From positions 88,970,001 to 89,034,000 of the forward strand of contig OX597821.1 in the NCBI GenBank assembly GCA_951406725.2: a stretch of 64,000 nucleotides of DNA, read 5' to 3'. The notes below the pieces were generated by a model. It saw nothing but the letters and a program-made list of their open reading frames with translations, did no database searches and was not told where the DNA came from. Positions 1-12,481 of this stretch are shown one piece after another. A program made the position numbers and the translations under genes. The first letter of the stretch is position 1. Each line of letters opens with the position of its first letter. The DNA comes from Octopus vulgaris. Taxonomy: Eukaryota.

Positions 1-206
1 TGCTTGAAACATGCTGCATATGGACACTTGTGTAGACATCTTCGCCGACACACACGCTAGCGAGCACATAAAGCGCGCATGCATACAAAAATATGCATTC
101 ACATACGCACACACAAACACACATATTCATACACAAACACAACCAAATATACAGATGCACTTTTGCATTCCCAACGATTTATCGTCTCTATTTTTATATC
201 ATACGT

Positions 207-299
207 ATGTGTGTGTGTGATATGAGTGTGTGTGTGATGTGTGTGTGTACGTGTATATACACATATAAATACGCATCTATTTGCATCTACTTTTCCTAC

Positions 300-336
<37 letters not shown>

Positions 337-600
337 CATATGTATATATATACATACACACATATATATACATACATACATATATATACATATATATATA
401 CACATATATATATACATATATATATACATATATATACACACATATATATATATACATATATATACACACATATATACACACATATATATATATATAAAAT
501 TATGTATGCATATATGCGTACTCACATACTCTTCTATGTATATACGTGTATGTGCTTGGATATGTGCGTGTGTGAGTGTGTGTGCTTGTGTGTGTACAAA
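207..600. repeat. Mosaic (TG)n/(TA)n/(TACA)n microsatellite
   Basis: Visible simple repeats; explains the YI/HT-rich ORFs. Confidence 0.95.
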
Positions 601-1471
601 GATATATGCATATACATATCTACATTCACCTTCACTTACATGCACTTATTCTCTCCATTAAGAAGAGAAGATGAAACCTTGTATCTTTCCCTTCATTGTT
701 CTACCAACATGCCAACAGCTATTGCTTATTACAGAATTTATCTGTTGAGTTCTTGAGAAAGTTTCCTGTGTTTGCATCGATTCCTGTAATAACGGACAAA
801 CATTTATCTTGTTAGGGACTTCGCTTCGTGACATAAAGCCATTTAAGTCGAAATGGCTTTATCTAAATTCAATTTTCATATGCTGTTTCAGATTCTATTA
901 ACATAAAATGAATAATCTTAATGCGACTCGAAATGCATGCGTGTTACTCTAAAACCTTCCGATTAAACGCACAAGAGATATTGGTGCCAGCAACTGCTAA
1001 TGAACGCAAGTAGATTGAGAAGCTATCACAAGTTACTGCAACCAATGTGATCTTCTGCTTGCCTGTCCGCCTCTCTGACTGTATCAATCAATCTACCTAT
1101 CCCTCGGTCTCTTTCTCTATGATTCAAATTATTTGTCTTTGTGTATGTGATTGTTTGGAAACAACGAAGGAGTCTCTGCTAAAATTAGCAGCTAAATCTC
1201 CATACAAATAGACCACAATATATAATTTTCAAAAAGGGAAATCACATTAGATAATGCATTTTCCGGCAAAATATCTGGAAGAAAAAATATGCTGAAAAAC
1301 TGATAAAATTGTAATGGCTGAAACGGTTTAATCATAGGAATGCTGGGTGATATACAAACACGGGGCCAAACAACATTTACGTCTCTATCCTTCCAAAGGA
1401 CAAGTTAATTTCTGCAGGGGATCTGCATTTCGCTATAACTCTGAACTTGCTATGGATTAATATGAATATGG

Positions 1472-1477
1472 TGCTTC

Positions 1478-1518
<41 letters not shown>

Positions 1519-1534
1519 GTGGTGGTGGTGGTGG

Positions 1535-1627
<93 letters not shown>

Positions 1628-1726
1628 GGGTGATGATGATGATGATGATGATGAGGGTGATGATGATGATGATGATGAGGGTGATGATGATGATGATGAT
1701 GATGATGACGATGATGATGATGATGT
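1472..1726. repeat. Compound trinucleotide tract (CTG)n-(GTG)n-(ATG)n
   Basis: Visible; gives poly-L/V/M and poly-I/T/S ORFs. Confidence 0.95.
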
Positions 1727-1826
1727 AGATGTCAACGGTGTCGATGACTAAAACGATAAAGACGGCAACGGCGATGACAATAAAATACTTTTTTCGCATT
1801 CGAGAATAAAGCAACTTTGCGTGAAG

Positions 1827-2003
1827 GATCAGTCAGTAGCATTGTCTTCAGTACATACTTTAATGCTTTATTTGATCGACCCTCAAAGGATGAAAACCAA
1901 ATTTGTCCTCGTTAGGGTTTCATCTCAGCACTTAAACACCTGGAACAAATGCTACATAAATATTTCTTACACTCTTAGGATTCCACTAATTCTCTGACCG
2001 TGG
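1827..2003 (-). mobile_element. Degenerate SINE family B copy
   Basis: gatcgaccctcaaaggatgaaaaccaaa resembles the reverse complement of the core of 6367-6597. Confidence 0.45.
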
Positions 2004-2373
2004 CTCTATTCAAAGTCGAATGAATGACCAATATGTATATTCATGCATATATATATGTGAGTGTGTGAGTTTCTGTGTGTGTGTGCGTGTGTGTATATGT
2101 ATGTATGTGTGTGTGTCTTTAAAGGATATGGTGAAAGGCCTGGTTGGACGCCCAACATCTTGAGTTCTTTTGCAGGGTTTAGAAAAACTGAAAAACCACT
2201 ACCATTAAGTTTGTGTATCAGCGAGGGGAATATGTTTACTAAAATCATAAATAACTGATCCTCCTGAATTTTCTTCTACCCAAAGCCAGGAACTTTTCAG
2301 CACCACCTCTACATCTAGCATACAGACTGTCCACTTTTAGTGGCCAATCCTCTAAATTTTGTATATATATATA

Positions 2374-2756
2374 GGCGCAGGAGTGGCTGTGTGGTAAGTA
2401 GCTTGCTTACTAACCACATAGTTCCAGGTTCAGTCACACTGCGTGGCATCTTGGGCTAGTGTCTTCTGCTATAGCCCCAGGCCGACCAATGTCTTGTGAG
2501 TGGATTTGGTTGACGGAAACTGAAAGAAGCCTGTCGTATATATGTATATATGTGTGTGTTTGTGTCTGTGTTTGTCCCCCTAGCATTGCTTGACAACCGA
2601 TGCTGGTGTGTTTACGTCCCCGTCAGTTAGCGGTTCGGCAAAAGAGACGATAGAATAAGTACTGTGATTACAAAGAATAAGTCCCGGGGTCGATTTGCTC
2701 GACTAAAGGCGGTGCTCCAGCATGGCCGCAGTCAAATGACTGAAACAAGTAAAAAA
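2374..2756 (+). mobile_element. tRNA-derived SINE, family A (full length)
   Basis: GGCGCAGGAGTGGCTGTGTGG head, GGTTCAGTC B-box-like motif, internal TA/TG tract, tail AAATGACTGAAACAAGTAAAA; near-identical copies at 9891, 21424, 36677. Confidence 0.9.
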
Positions 2757-2792
2757 CAAATATACATATATATATATATATATATGTACATA

Positions 2793-2954
2793 CACGACAT
2801 CTTTGTGTCAGTTTCCGCTCATCAAGTCTACTTAGAAGGCTTTAGTCGGCTCGAGGCTATAAAGAGGACACTAAGGATACAAAGCCAGGGTCCTACGCAA
2901 TGGGGCTGAATGTGGAACTATGAGATTGGGAAACAAACGTCTTAGCACACAGCC
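2793..2954 (-). mobile_element. Old 5' fragment of SINE family A
   Basis: cagtttccg...gtcggctcgaggctata...cacacagcc is a diverged reverse complement of the 5' half of 2374-2756. Confidence 0.6.
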
Positions 2955-3038
2955 TCACACACACACAGAGCCACACACACATACGCACACACACAACATG
3001 CGTACGGAGGTGGTTTTCATCTTCTATGAATCCAGAGT

Positions 3039-3039
3039 G

Positions 3040-3075
<36 letters not shown>

Positions 3076-3125
3076 AAATAATAATAATAATAATAATAAT
3101 AATGATAATAATAATAATAATAATG

Positions 3126-3181
<56 letters not shown>

Positions 3182-3213
3182 GATAAAAATAGTAATAGTA
3201 ATAATAATAATAA
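3039..3213. repeat. (ACT)n-(AAT)n microsatellite
   Basis: Visible. Confidence 0.95.
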
Positions 3214-3577
3214 AGATGCTTTCAAGTTGATGCATCAATACCTACAGATGAAAACGTTTCTCTAAACGAAAGGGAGAAACTTTCAAAATACAAAGATCGG
3301 AAAATAGAAACAACCTGAATGTGGAGCCTAAAGACAGAAACAATTCCTATAATAGATGAAAAAACATTCAGTCAAATACGTAAGCAATACACCAGGACTT
3401 ATAAGTGTACATAAGATACAGAAAATAGCACTACTTGGCGCCGCACACATCTTAAGTAAAGCGCATTCAAAACAGCGAAGATCAGAACATAACAACAAAC
3501 CTCGTCACATACCTAAGACACACAGAGCTGAGCTCGGTAGAGCAGTGGATGCACGCGATAAAAATAAGACTACTGAA
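3214..3577 (+). mobile_element. R4/Dong-like non-LTR retrotransposon 3' remnant (restriction-like endonuclease C-terminus + 3' UTR)
   Basis: Translates RCFQVDASIPTDENVSLNEREKLSKYKD..MWSLKTETIPII and IQKIALLGAAHIL; flanked by (AAT)n and (CAA)n; homologous to 40923 and 54616. Confidence 0.8.
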
Positions 3578-3823
3578 CAACAACAACAACAACAGCAACA
3601 AAAACAACAACAACAACAACAACAACAGCGCAACAACAACACTCTTCTAAGGAGTCCGACACCTTTGTCGAACGTATCTTTCCTTTGCTAAACGTAAGGA
3701 CATGATGTTTTCGGAGATTTTTTATTAGAAGGTTCTCTCATTGGCTCATCGAATTTAGAAGAAACTATGCTAGAGAATATATGATACATATACATATACA
3801 TATAATATACATACATATATATA

Positions 3824-4200
3824 CGAGCAAAACGTCCCCCACCCGGTCCAATGGACGGTGCTGAGTTGTCAAACATTTAAACCAAATTTTCTCAAAACAA
3901 CTTGTCCGACCATCCCATAGGCCTCCCCTTTTAGAAACACTGATTTAACCTAAATTTGAGACACCAGCAAAAGAAGAAATAACGATAGACTTTTTTCTAT
4001 TTCAAAGAAAAACGATTTTATTCACTTTATCGATCGTATTCTCACCCGGAATCGATTTTTATGATTTTTTTTCAAGACTTATACACGCCTTGATACCGTC
4101 GGTATCTACATATCAAATTTGAGCGCAATCGGATGAAGGATGCCCGAGATCCTAGAAGACACACACACAAAGACAGACAGAACGGATTTTATATAATAGA
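3824..4200 (-). mobile_element. Non-autonomous Helitron-like element
   Basis: Minus strand starts A|TCTATTATATAAAA then (TCTG)n; ends with a CCGTCCA..TGGACCGG-type hairpin then CTCG|T (CTRR-like), inserted between A and T. Confidence 0.65.
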
Positions 4201-4876
4201 TAGTCTAGATCATAACTTTCATTTCATTGTAGTCATGCTTTTGGATATTAAGGTAGTCCTTTTTGCAGATTAACTCAGATGTGTGAAGCAATAGAAAATC
4301 AGTTAGAAATATCACCAGTAATAGCGCCTGTGTTATTAAGAGATTGGTGTAGATAGTATCTCTGACCCACTGGAAATCATAATACATCAGCTAAGCACTG
4401 ATCCTTTATATCCTCCATTCAGTCCAACGCAGCTATTTACATATTATAGTACTATTGAACAATAAACAACTTGCTTTCAAGCTGATAACGTGAGAATCAT
4501 TTGTGTATCAAATTTTAAAACTTGTTTATACTTTATTGAATCATTTAGAATTCTGTTTGTTTGTTTATTAATCCAAATCGAAAACAATAAAACAGAATAT
4601 CGGATTTCTGTACCATACCTCGGGTTCTAAATTTTAACAATTATTAAACTTGGAGTTGCTTTATAGCTTCGTATTTGTTAGACTCCTAAACTGTGTTGCG
4701 CTTGTATGGTTTGAAGTGATAAATCGGCGCCGATTTTTAATTCCATTTCTAAGTTTTAGATTTTATTTCATTTCATTTACCAAAAACTATGAAAACACAA
4801 ACTATCATCATGAACATCACCATTAGCAACAAACAAAGAAATAAATAATAAATACAAGAGAAATACACACACACAC

Positions 4877-4907
<31 letters not shown>

Positions 4908-5753
4908 AGACGAAGAAATATCATTACTGAAAGGTATAACGAAATTTGTTCCTCCTTTCTATCCTTCCTTCCTTATCGTCATAAAATATAATTCCTAGAA
5001 CAAACTGAACTTTTCCTGTTATTCTACAGTTACCTTTCAAAAATATAATGCTGTTCTCTGACACATAAAATAGAAAATACGAAAAGCAAAAATAATAAAA
5101 TATAATCTAAGAAAAATTTAAACATAGAAAAAACGAAATAACAAGTACAAATACACCTAAAACACAAGCTTTAAAGGAAACTAAATATGAAGTCTTTCCT
5201 GGTTTTCTGTATTTTGTTTTTATGGAGGGGATGTGGAATTATCCTACGTAAGGTTGAAATATTTTTACAGGAAACTACGGAAATTTTGTTGGGTGACACT
5301 ATTGTTTTGACGTTGCAAATATTATTAATGTCTGCAATGTTCACAGAATCTAGCAGGTGTTTCCTCCTCTTCCCCTTCCTCCTCCAACTCTCCCTTTTTT
5401 TATTATTTCTGCCTATATCACTTGTTATCTCTATTCAGTGTCTTTCTCTTTTCTTTTTGTATTTCTTTCTGTCTGAGTAACTCTTTCTCCTTCTCAGTTT
5501 TATTCTGTAGGAAATGATGGCAAAGAAATCTTAATTAAATTCTACGAGATACTTCCTGATGTGTAAACCAGCCCAAACATTATTTCGTACTATGACATAA
5601 TTGCCAAGAGACAAACAAATAATTTGTAATGAGAATAATAATTAGTAACTATGATGATGACGATGACGACGATGATGGTAATGATGTTGATGGTGATTAT
5701 AATTAATATTATGTTTTGTAACACAGACATTCAACCATAGATACGAATATATA

Positions 5754-5915
5754 GCATCGAAGTAATCCACACGGGTTTTTTTTACTACTTCTTCATTTTG
5801 TAGACCCTGAAGGAACGAAAAATAAATCGATGTGGATGCAATTTGAACTCAGAATATAAAAAGACATAGTTAAGTAACGCATTTTCATTCAATTGCAGTT
5901 TTACTGATTCTATCA
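5754..5915 (-). mobile_element. Degenerate SINE family B copy
   Basis: gaccctgaaggaacgaaa...atttgaactcagaa matches the reverse complement of family B. Confidence 0.4.
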
Positions 5916-6366
5916 TTTCACAATTTTCTAATTAACATTACAATACATTAATTATTTCTAACACTGAAGATACGAAGGTAAGGGAAGCAACAGACTGCCG
6001 ATAGAAAAATTAAATGATGTGGCGAGCCAATGATAGAACGAAATTATATGAACTATACAAAATAAACCGAAATGTAAACAATTATAATATATATCTAAAT
6101 CACAAAACCGATTGATTTCTCATCAATGCCAGCTGAAAAGTCCCTCAGAAAATCCAGGTCTCTAATTTTTATTCCGCGACCACAAATGATTAAATGAATT
6201 GAATGATGCCTAGGTTGAGTATCGTTACTATCTGTTTAATCTTTCGGGCTAGGACCCATAGTTGTTCACGACTCTTTCAGTAATTTCAATCAATTTGCCC
6301 ATAGCCAAGCCAGAGAGCAGCTACCACTGTAATAATGCTTTATTATATTATATGAAAATATAATAA

Positions 6367-6597
6367 GGCGGCGAGCTGGCAGAACCGTTAGCACGCCGGG
6401 CGAAATGCGTAGCCGTATTTCGTCTGCCGTTACGTTCTGAGTTCAAATTCCGCCGAGGTCGACTTTGCCTTTCATCCTTTCGGGGTCGATAAATTAAGTA
6501 CCAGTTACGCACTGGGGTCGATGTAATCGACTTAATCCGTTTGTCTGTCCTTGTTTATCCCCTCTGTGTTTAGCCCCTTGTGGGTAGTAAAGAAATA
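6367..6597 (+). mobile_element. tRNA-derived SINE, family B (young, with TSD)
   Basis: GGCGGCGAGCTGGCAGAA A-box region, GAGTTCAAATTCC B-box; 17-bp duplication TATATTATATGAAAATA at 6344-6360 and 6598-6614; near-identical copy at 58089. Confidence 0.9.
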
Positions 6598-6618
6598 TAT
6601 ATTATATGAAAATAGCTA

Positions 6619-6805
6619 AGGTGGTGGACTGGTAGAATGGCTTGCACGCCAGGCAAAATACTTAACGGCATTTCGACTATCTCTACGTTCCTAGGTCAAT
6701 TTCCGCCGAGGTTGCCTTTCCTCCTTTCAAGGTCGATAAAATAAGTACCAGTTGAACACTTGGGTCGATGTAATCGATTTATCCGTCCCACCCCAAACTG
6801 CTGTA
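6619..6805 (+). mobile_element. Older SINE family B copy
   Basis: Diverged tandem neighbour of 6367-6597 (ccgccgaggt, ggtcgataaaataagtaccagtt). Confidence 0.75.
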
Positions 6806-7038
6806 TTTCGTCTGCATCTCATTCTAGTTTATGGACAAGAACTCCAAACGTTAGCTATTCTCTTCTTTAAGACAGTTCATTCAATATATTCGACTTTTCA
6901 GGAATTCTTCTACCTATTTAATTTATAGCACCATTATGTTTATGCATAAATAAACGCATAGATAGACACATACACACATTTATTTATATGTATAGATATA
7001 CATAAACATATAATTTTCTCTTTCTTTCTCACTATCAT

Positions 7039-7214
7039 TAGCTCCTACACGCATTTTTTCTCTCCTTGTTTTTTTTCTGTGTATCTTTCTGTCGAAGAGT
7101 GCAGGCTCGAAACGTAAAATACTTTTTCTATTCCTGAGCGCTATACTAATGCATTTGTTTGTTTGTACTCCACCTGCCATCGTCTTTTGTTTATTTTCGT
7201 AAACTTTCCCTTTA
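7039..7214 (+). mobile_element. Short TA-tailed interspersed element E1 with minimal hammerhead-like motif
   Basis: Near-identical to 12270-12446; motif at 7084-7121; ends in (TA)n. Confidence 0.7.
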
Positions 7215-7784
7215 TATATATATATAGGTGTGTGTAACCTATGTAGTAGTTATACTAAGAGGGCTAATTCAGCTATTACTTCGTAGACTGAAAAAGTGAT
7301 GAACAGACTTATTCGATTTTCGAACCTTATTGATTTCTCTTCAGATGTGTCTACGTCAATTTGACTAAACCCAGAGAAACAAAGACCCAATTTGTTTATA
7401 AACAATTCCTGTAGCTTCAGAGAAGTGGAATTACTAATTTGCATACCATAAGTATTGATACTTTATTTAACATCACGCACCTGTCGAGCAGAGTCCCAGT
7501 GCATACATTACCAACGTATTATAAACTATATGTAATCTATGTAGTAACTATAGAAACAAGTATAATTTAAGCATTTCTGCGTAGGTTGAAAACATGACGA
7601 ACTGTCTTAATCGATTTTCGAACATCATGGGGTTTAATGAGTGGTTCAACACACCTAACCTGCACTCATAGACAAACACGTACACACATATTTATATGTC
7701 TGTATAATTATGTATATAAATGTGTGTGTGTGTGTATATGTCAGTGTCTATATATATATGTGTGTGTGTGCATGTATATATGCA

Positions 7785-8450
7785 TACAAGTGTTCGGGAT
7801 AAATCTGACGATACTGAATGTATTGGTTTTTGAAGAATAGCTTGATGTTTGGGTGAACAGCCAATGGATAGTAGAGCAAATGATGGAAGCCGTAGTTAAG
7901 TAAAAATTGGCCGACATTGAGGACTTGGAGCTATCTCAATCATGATGATTTGCGCTGAGTGTCAAAATGCTGACAACATAACAGCCGCTCAATGCTCTGT
8001 GAACATTGTAAAGTATGTAAGACGTGACATGGACAGATGCAACAGAGATTACGAAGCTTTGACCAACAAGAAGGGACGCAAAAGGCTTTCTGACTTCATT
8101 CGCGTATCGGAATTCATTCAACAACCCTTGGATTAAGGTGATGGAAGATTCTAGAAAGAGAATCCAGACTTTGATAAGAGAGATAGGTGTTGGTGTCGCC
8201 AATATGAAACTGGACCAGAGAGGAGACCCTCGCTATCATTCGTACAAGAGGCGCAAGATACAAATTCTGACAGCCAAGTCCAAAGAGAACCGCTTCACGA
8301 ACACAGAAAAGCCATTGAACAAGCTGAGGCTCCCCGCTGAGCCTGGAAGGCTATAGTTCTTCTCGGATGAAAAGAACTTCTGCCAGGACCAGTTTCATAG
8401 CACCCAGAACAACAAGTGGCTTGCTTACAGTCCATGTGATGTCCTAAGTA
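7785..8450 (+). pseudogene. Tc1/mariner (maT/DD37D-like) transposase remnant, 3' truncated
   Basis: Broken ORFs 7942-8136 and 8138-8356 continue into FFSDEKNFCQDQFHSTQNNKW (first catalytic D motif). Confidence 0.7.
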
Positions 8451-8726
8451 TCACGTGAGTTCAGTCTTTCCAGTGTAGTCTTCCCTGCATCCATTGCGTT
8501 TGATGTCACATATATTTCAAAATATATGATTAAATTGCAATTAATTCTAATATATTCCCTGTGTATCTACAGTTTCGTTTCTTATATTTCTTCACGTGTT
8601 TGAATAACAGATTATAGACATACATACATAAATACATACATATAATATAAATATGTGAGTGTGTTCATATATATATATAATATGCATATATATGTATATA
8701 AATTATATGTAAATACATGCATATAT

Positions 8727-8938
<212 letters not shown>

Positions 8939-9418
8939 GATATTTATGCGTCTGTGTGAGTGTGGCTCTGTGTATGTGTGTGAGTGTGTGAGTGTGTGGG
9001 TAGACGAAGGAAGATAGATAAACACACTTAGGTTCGAGACATACATGGAACACAAAAATACAGATAAGAAAATAAATTTTAAAAAATACCTTGACACCTG
9101 TCGAGATAAGACGTTACATAATATTTTATTATTTACATTTTTTTCTTAATTTCTTGATCCGAATTTTTGTGTTCTGAGTAAATATACGTGTCGAGGTTAA
9201 TGACTTTCACCTTACTACCTACATAACAGCTCGATGAGGATGGATGCGCGTATAGCCACCTTCCATTCGGTGGGCGTAGCCTTAGATGAAGAACATGGAA
9301 ATAAAGTTATTATTTATTTGTGCACTACTGTATATTATCTATACTGAGCACATTTTGACACCCACTCTCTCCCCCTCTCTCTCACTCCCTTTAAATATAT
9401 ATTAATGTATGCACATGT

Positions 9419-9453
<35 letters not shown>

Positions 9454-9457
<4 letters not shown>

Positions 9458-9660
9458 ATCCAAACAAGAAAGCACAAAAAACACAACAACGCGAGGACGT
9501 GGAACAAATATAGTATTATTGGATGCTCGGGAAAGAAGGAAAGAAGGAGGGTTTAACGTTTCGAGCGGAGCACTTCGTCGGAAACATAGGAGAAGGAAAT
9601 ATCCAGAGAAGGGAAGACAGAGTAAAAAAAAATCGCCAACGGTACACACGAGGTCACATT
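9454..9660 (-). mobile_element. Short TA-tailed interspersed element E2 with minimal hammerhead-like motif
   Basis: Homologous to 43290-43472; motif at 9551-9585; abuts (TA)n. Confidence 0.7.
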
Positions 9661-9890
9661 ATATATAGCGAGAGAGAGAGAGAGAAGGGGGAAGAGAGCG
9701 AGAGACGGGAGAGAGAAATGGAGAGAGAGCCGGAGAAAATGGCATATATATATTATATAATATATTTGTGTGAGTATTGTCCTTTTTATATATTTAGTGG
9801 GTGTATATTTAGTTCCTCTTCACTCGACCGAACCATTTCTTATCCTTTTAAGTAAACTTATTTACTTCAATCATACATGTGCTATATACT

Positions 9891-10280
9891 TTTTACTCTA
9901 TTACTTGTTTCAGTCATTTGACACAGGCCATGCTGGAGCACCGCCTTTAATCGAGCAAATCGACCCCAGGAGTTATTCTTTGTAAGCCTAGTAATTATAC
10001 ATCGATCTCTTTTGCCGAACCGCTAAATTACAGGGACATAAACACACGAGCATCGGTTGTCAAGCGATGTTGGGGGGACAAACACAGACACATAAAAAAT
10101 ACATACACACATACACACATACATATATATATATACATATATACGACGGGCTTCTTTCAGTTTCCGTCTACCAAATCCACTCACAAGGCTGTGGTCGGTC
10201 CAAGGCTATAGTAGAAGACACTTACCCAAGGTGCCACGTGGTTGGTAACAAGCTACTTACCACGCAGCCACTCCTACGCC
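9891..10280 (-). mobile_element. SINE family A (B-box region deleted)
   Basis: Reverse complement of 2374-2756 lacking the ttccgggttcagtcccactg segment. Confidence 0.88.
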
Positions 10281-10734
10281 TGTGGATTATGTGGATTAAC
10301 AATAGAAGATGACACTTTCTTCCAAGTCAACGAGGTAAGTATCTATGCAGTCTTTGGAAAAGATTTAACCAGAATCGACATGTATAATTCTGGCCTGGAT
10401 GACTTTTTTGAATTAGTGATAGATGATCTCTAAGACATTTAATCTATTATATCGTTATCGATAAGGGAACAGGTAACCTTGTCGTCATGCTTCTCCAAAT
10501 CACACGTTTCAATCGTAAAATGAAAGGACAAAGTGGACATAGCGAAGGTGAGGCGTTTGCAACTTAGACTGTAAGCTTACTCGGTTACAGCTGACGAGGA
10601 ACAACAAGAACACTAACAGTGGCATTCCTTATTCCATTTCATTCTTCTTCGATTCCCTGTTGTTTCGCTGTTTCCCTTCCACCCGAAATGATTTCTTCAT
10701 TAATTCTTTAATAATTTATAAGATTGTCATATTG

Positions 10735-10822
10735 TATCATCATCACCACCACCACCACTACCACCACCACCATCATCATCACCACCACCACCACCACCAT
10801 CATCACCACCACCACCACCACC

Positions 10823-10867
<45 letters not shown>
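10735..10867. repeat. (CAY)n microsatellite
   Basis: Visible; source of the poly-His ORF. Confidence 0.95.
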
Positions 10868-12026
10868 GTCGTTTAATAGTAGTAGTAGTATTAGTATGGT
10901 TATTATAGCAAATCATGTCTGGATTAATCCAAAACGAACTGATGTTAAATCCAATAAGATAGATACCCAATCAAATAAACTTTGTCACTTCACTACTGTG
11001 TCAAGAATCAAATGAGAACCCGGCTAGGAAATGAGGTGCGAGGTAAAGGAAGAGGAATATCAAAAGGTTTTATTAATATCAATTTTGTTGTTGTTGTCGT
11101 CATCGTTGTTGTTTTTGGTGTTGGTGGGGACAATGGTGGTGGTTATGGTGGCGTCTGTTTTCCATTTGCTGTATTCTTGCACTTTTAAAAATTGATCCAC
11201 AGACGAATAAATGAGGTCAGCGCTGGAAGATCAAAGTCAATTAAGATGTTGGTGTGTATGAGTAGGAGGATGAGAAGAATCATAAAAAAAAAAGACCGAA
11301 GAGACAACCATAAAACAGGCGTGGTTGGAAGGCTTCTGGGTGCATTAGAGTGTCGAATGGATAGGGGGGGAGGCTGAAGAGAGAAGGAAGCGAGAAAAGG
11401 TAGAAACAGGAAAAATAGGGTTGAAGTTAATGCAATTTATAATGTTGTCAGAGGGAGAGAGAATTGAGGATTTGTAGAACGAGTGATAGGTAGTGATACA
11501 GAGTTTGTGTGTGTGTGTATACATAGTGTAATGGAATTTTGACACAGGGTGGGAGATGAACAGCTAAATACTGAGGGAAAGGGTGAGTTTGAAAGAGAAT
11601 AGGCGACTGAAAGAGTTGGAGGGTTGGGATACAAATAGGAAGTTTTGGTCGGTTTAGTTTATTGCAGCTTTATTAGAAATAGATTATGTGTAAAATGCAT
11701 ACAAATATAGAGGGGGGAAAGGGCAAGGGCAAGTAGAGAGGAAGATGGTGAGATTTGCATCATGGCAGAGGGAAAGAATGTGAAGTGACACTAAAGTTTA
11801 TTGCTGTTACAAAAACAATGAGTTGACAGCGGAGAAGAAGAAAGATACAAACCCTGAATCACTTTTAAGATTTACAGTGGTCCTCTGAGGAATTCAGTTG
11901 TTTCTTTAATGTTTTGATGGGTACGTTTATCATTGTTTTTACTGCGTGAAAACATTTTCTTTGATCCTAAATTCAGATGAATAGTGAAGTGTATTAACCG
12001 TGATGAGAATAAAGAAATGTATCTGA

Positions 12027-12027
<1 letters not shown>

Positions 12028-12105
<78 letters not shown>

Positions 12106-12142
12106 CATATACATATACATACATACATACATATATATATAT

Positions 12143-12188
<46 letters not shown>

Positions 12189-12207
12189 CATACATACATA
12201 TATATAT

Positions 12208-12254
<47 letters not shown>
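12028..12254. repeat. (TA)n/(TACA)n mosaic
   Basis: Visible. Confidence 0.95.
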
Positions 12255-12257
<3 letters not shown>

Positions 12258-12441
12258 ATGATAGATCGATAGCTCCTACACGCATTTTTTCTCTTCTTGC
12301 TTTTTTTTCTGTGTATCTTTCTGTCGAAGAGCGTAGGCTCGAAACGTAAAAGACTTTTTCTATTTCTGAGCGCTATACTAATACATTTGTTTGTTTGTAC
12401 TCCACCTGCCTTCGTCTTTTGTTTATTTTCGTAAACTTTCC

Positions 12442-12446
<5 letters not shown>
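12255..12446 (+). mobile_element. Element E1 copy embedded in (TA)n
   Basis: Near-identical to 7039-7214; (TA)n on both sides; motif at 12316-12353. Confidence 0.75.

Positions 12447-12481
<35 letters not shown>

Noticed and set aside
1156-1376. Possible old interspersed repeat, weakly similar to ~52990-53150 and ~10460-10620
   Set aside because: Too diverged to support by eye
10281-10340. Possible host exon ending GAG|GTAAGT
   Set aside because: Isolated donor-like site directly after a SINE, with no acceptor or recognisable protein
10575-10635. CTGACGA hammerhead core
   Set aside because: No GAAA or stem III at a suitable distance
11225-11275. Minus-strand PTHTHQHLN resembling a Penelope RT thumb motif
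   Set aside because: Very short, followed by stops, with no other RT motifs nearby
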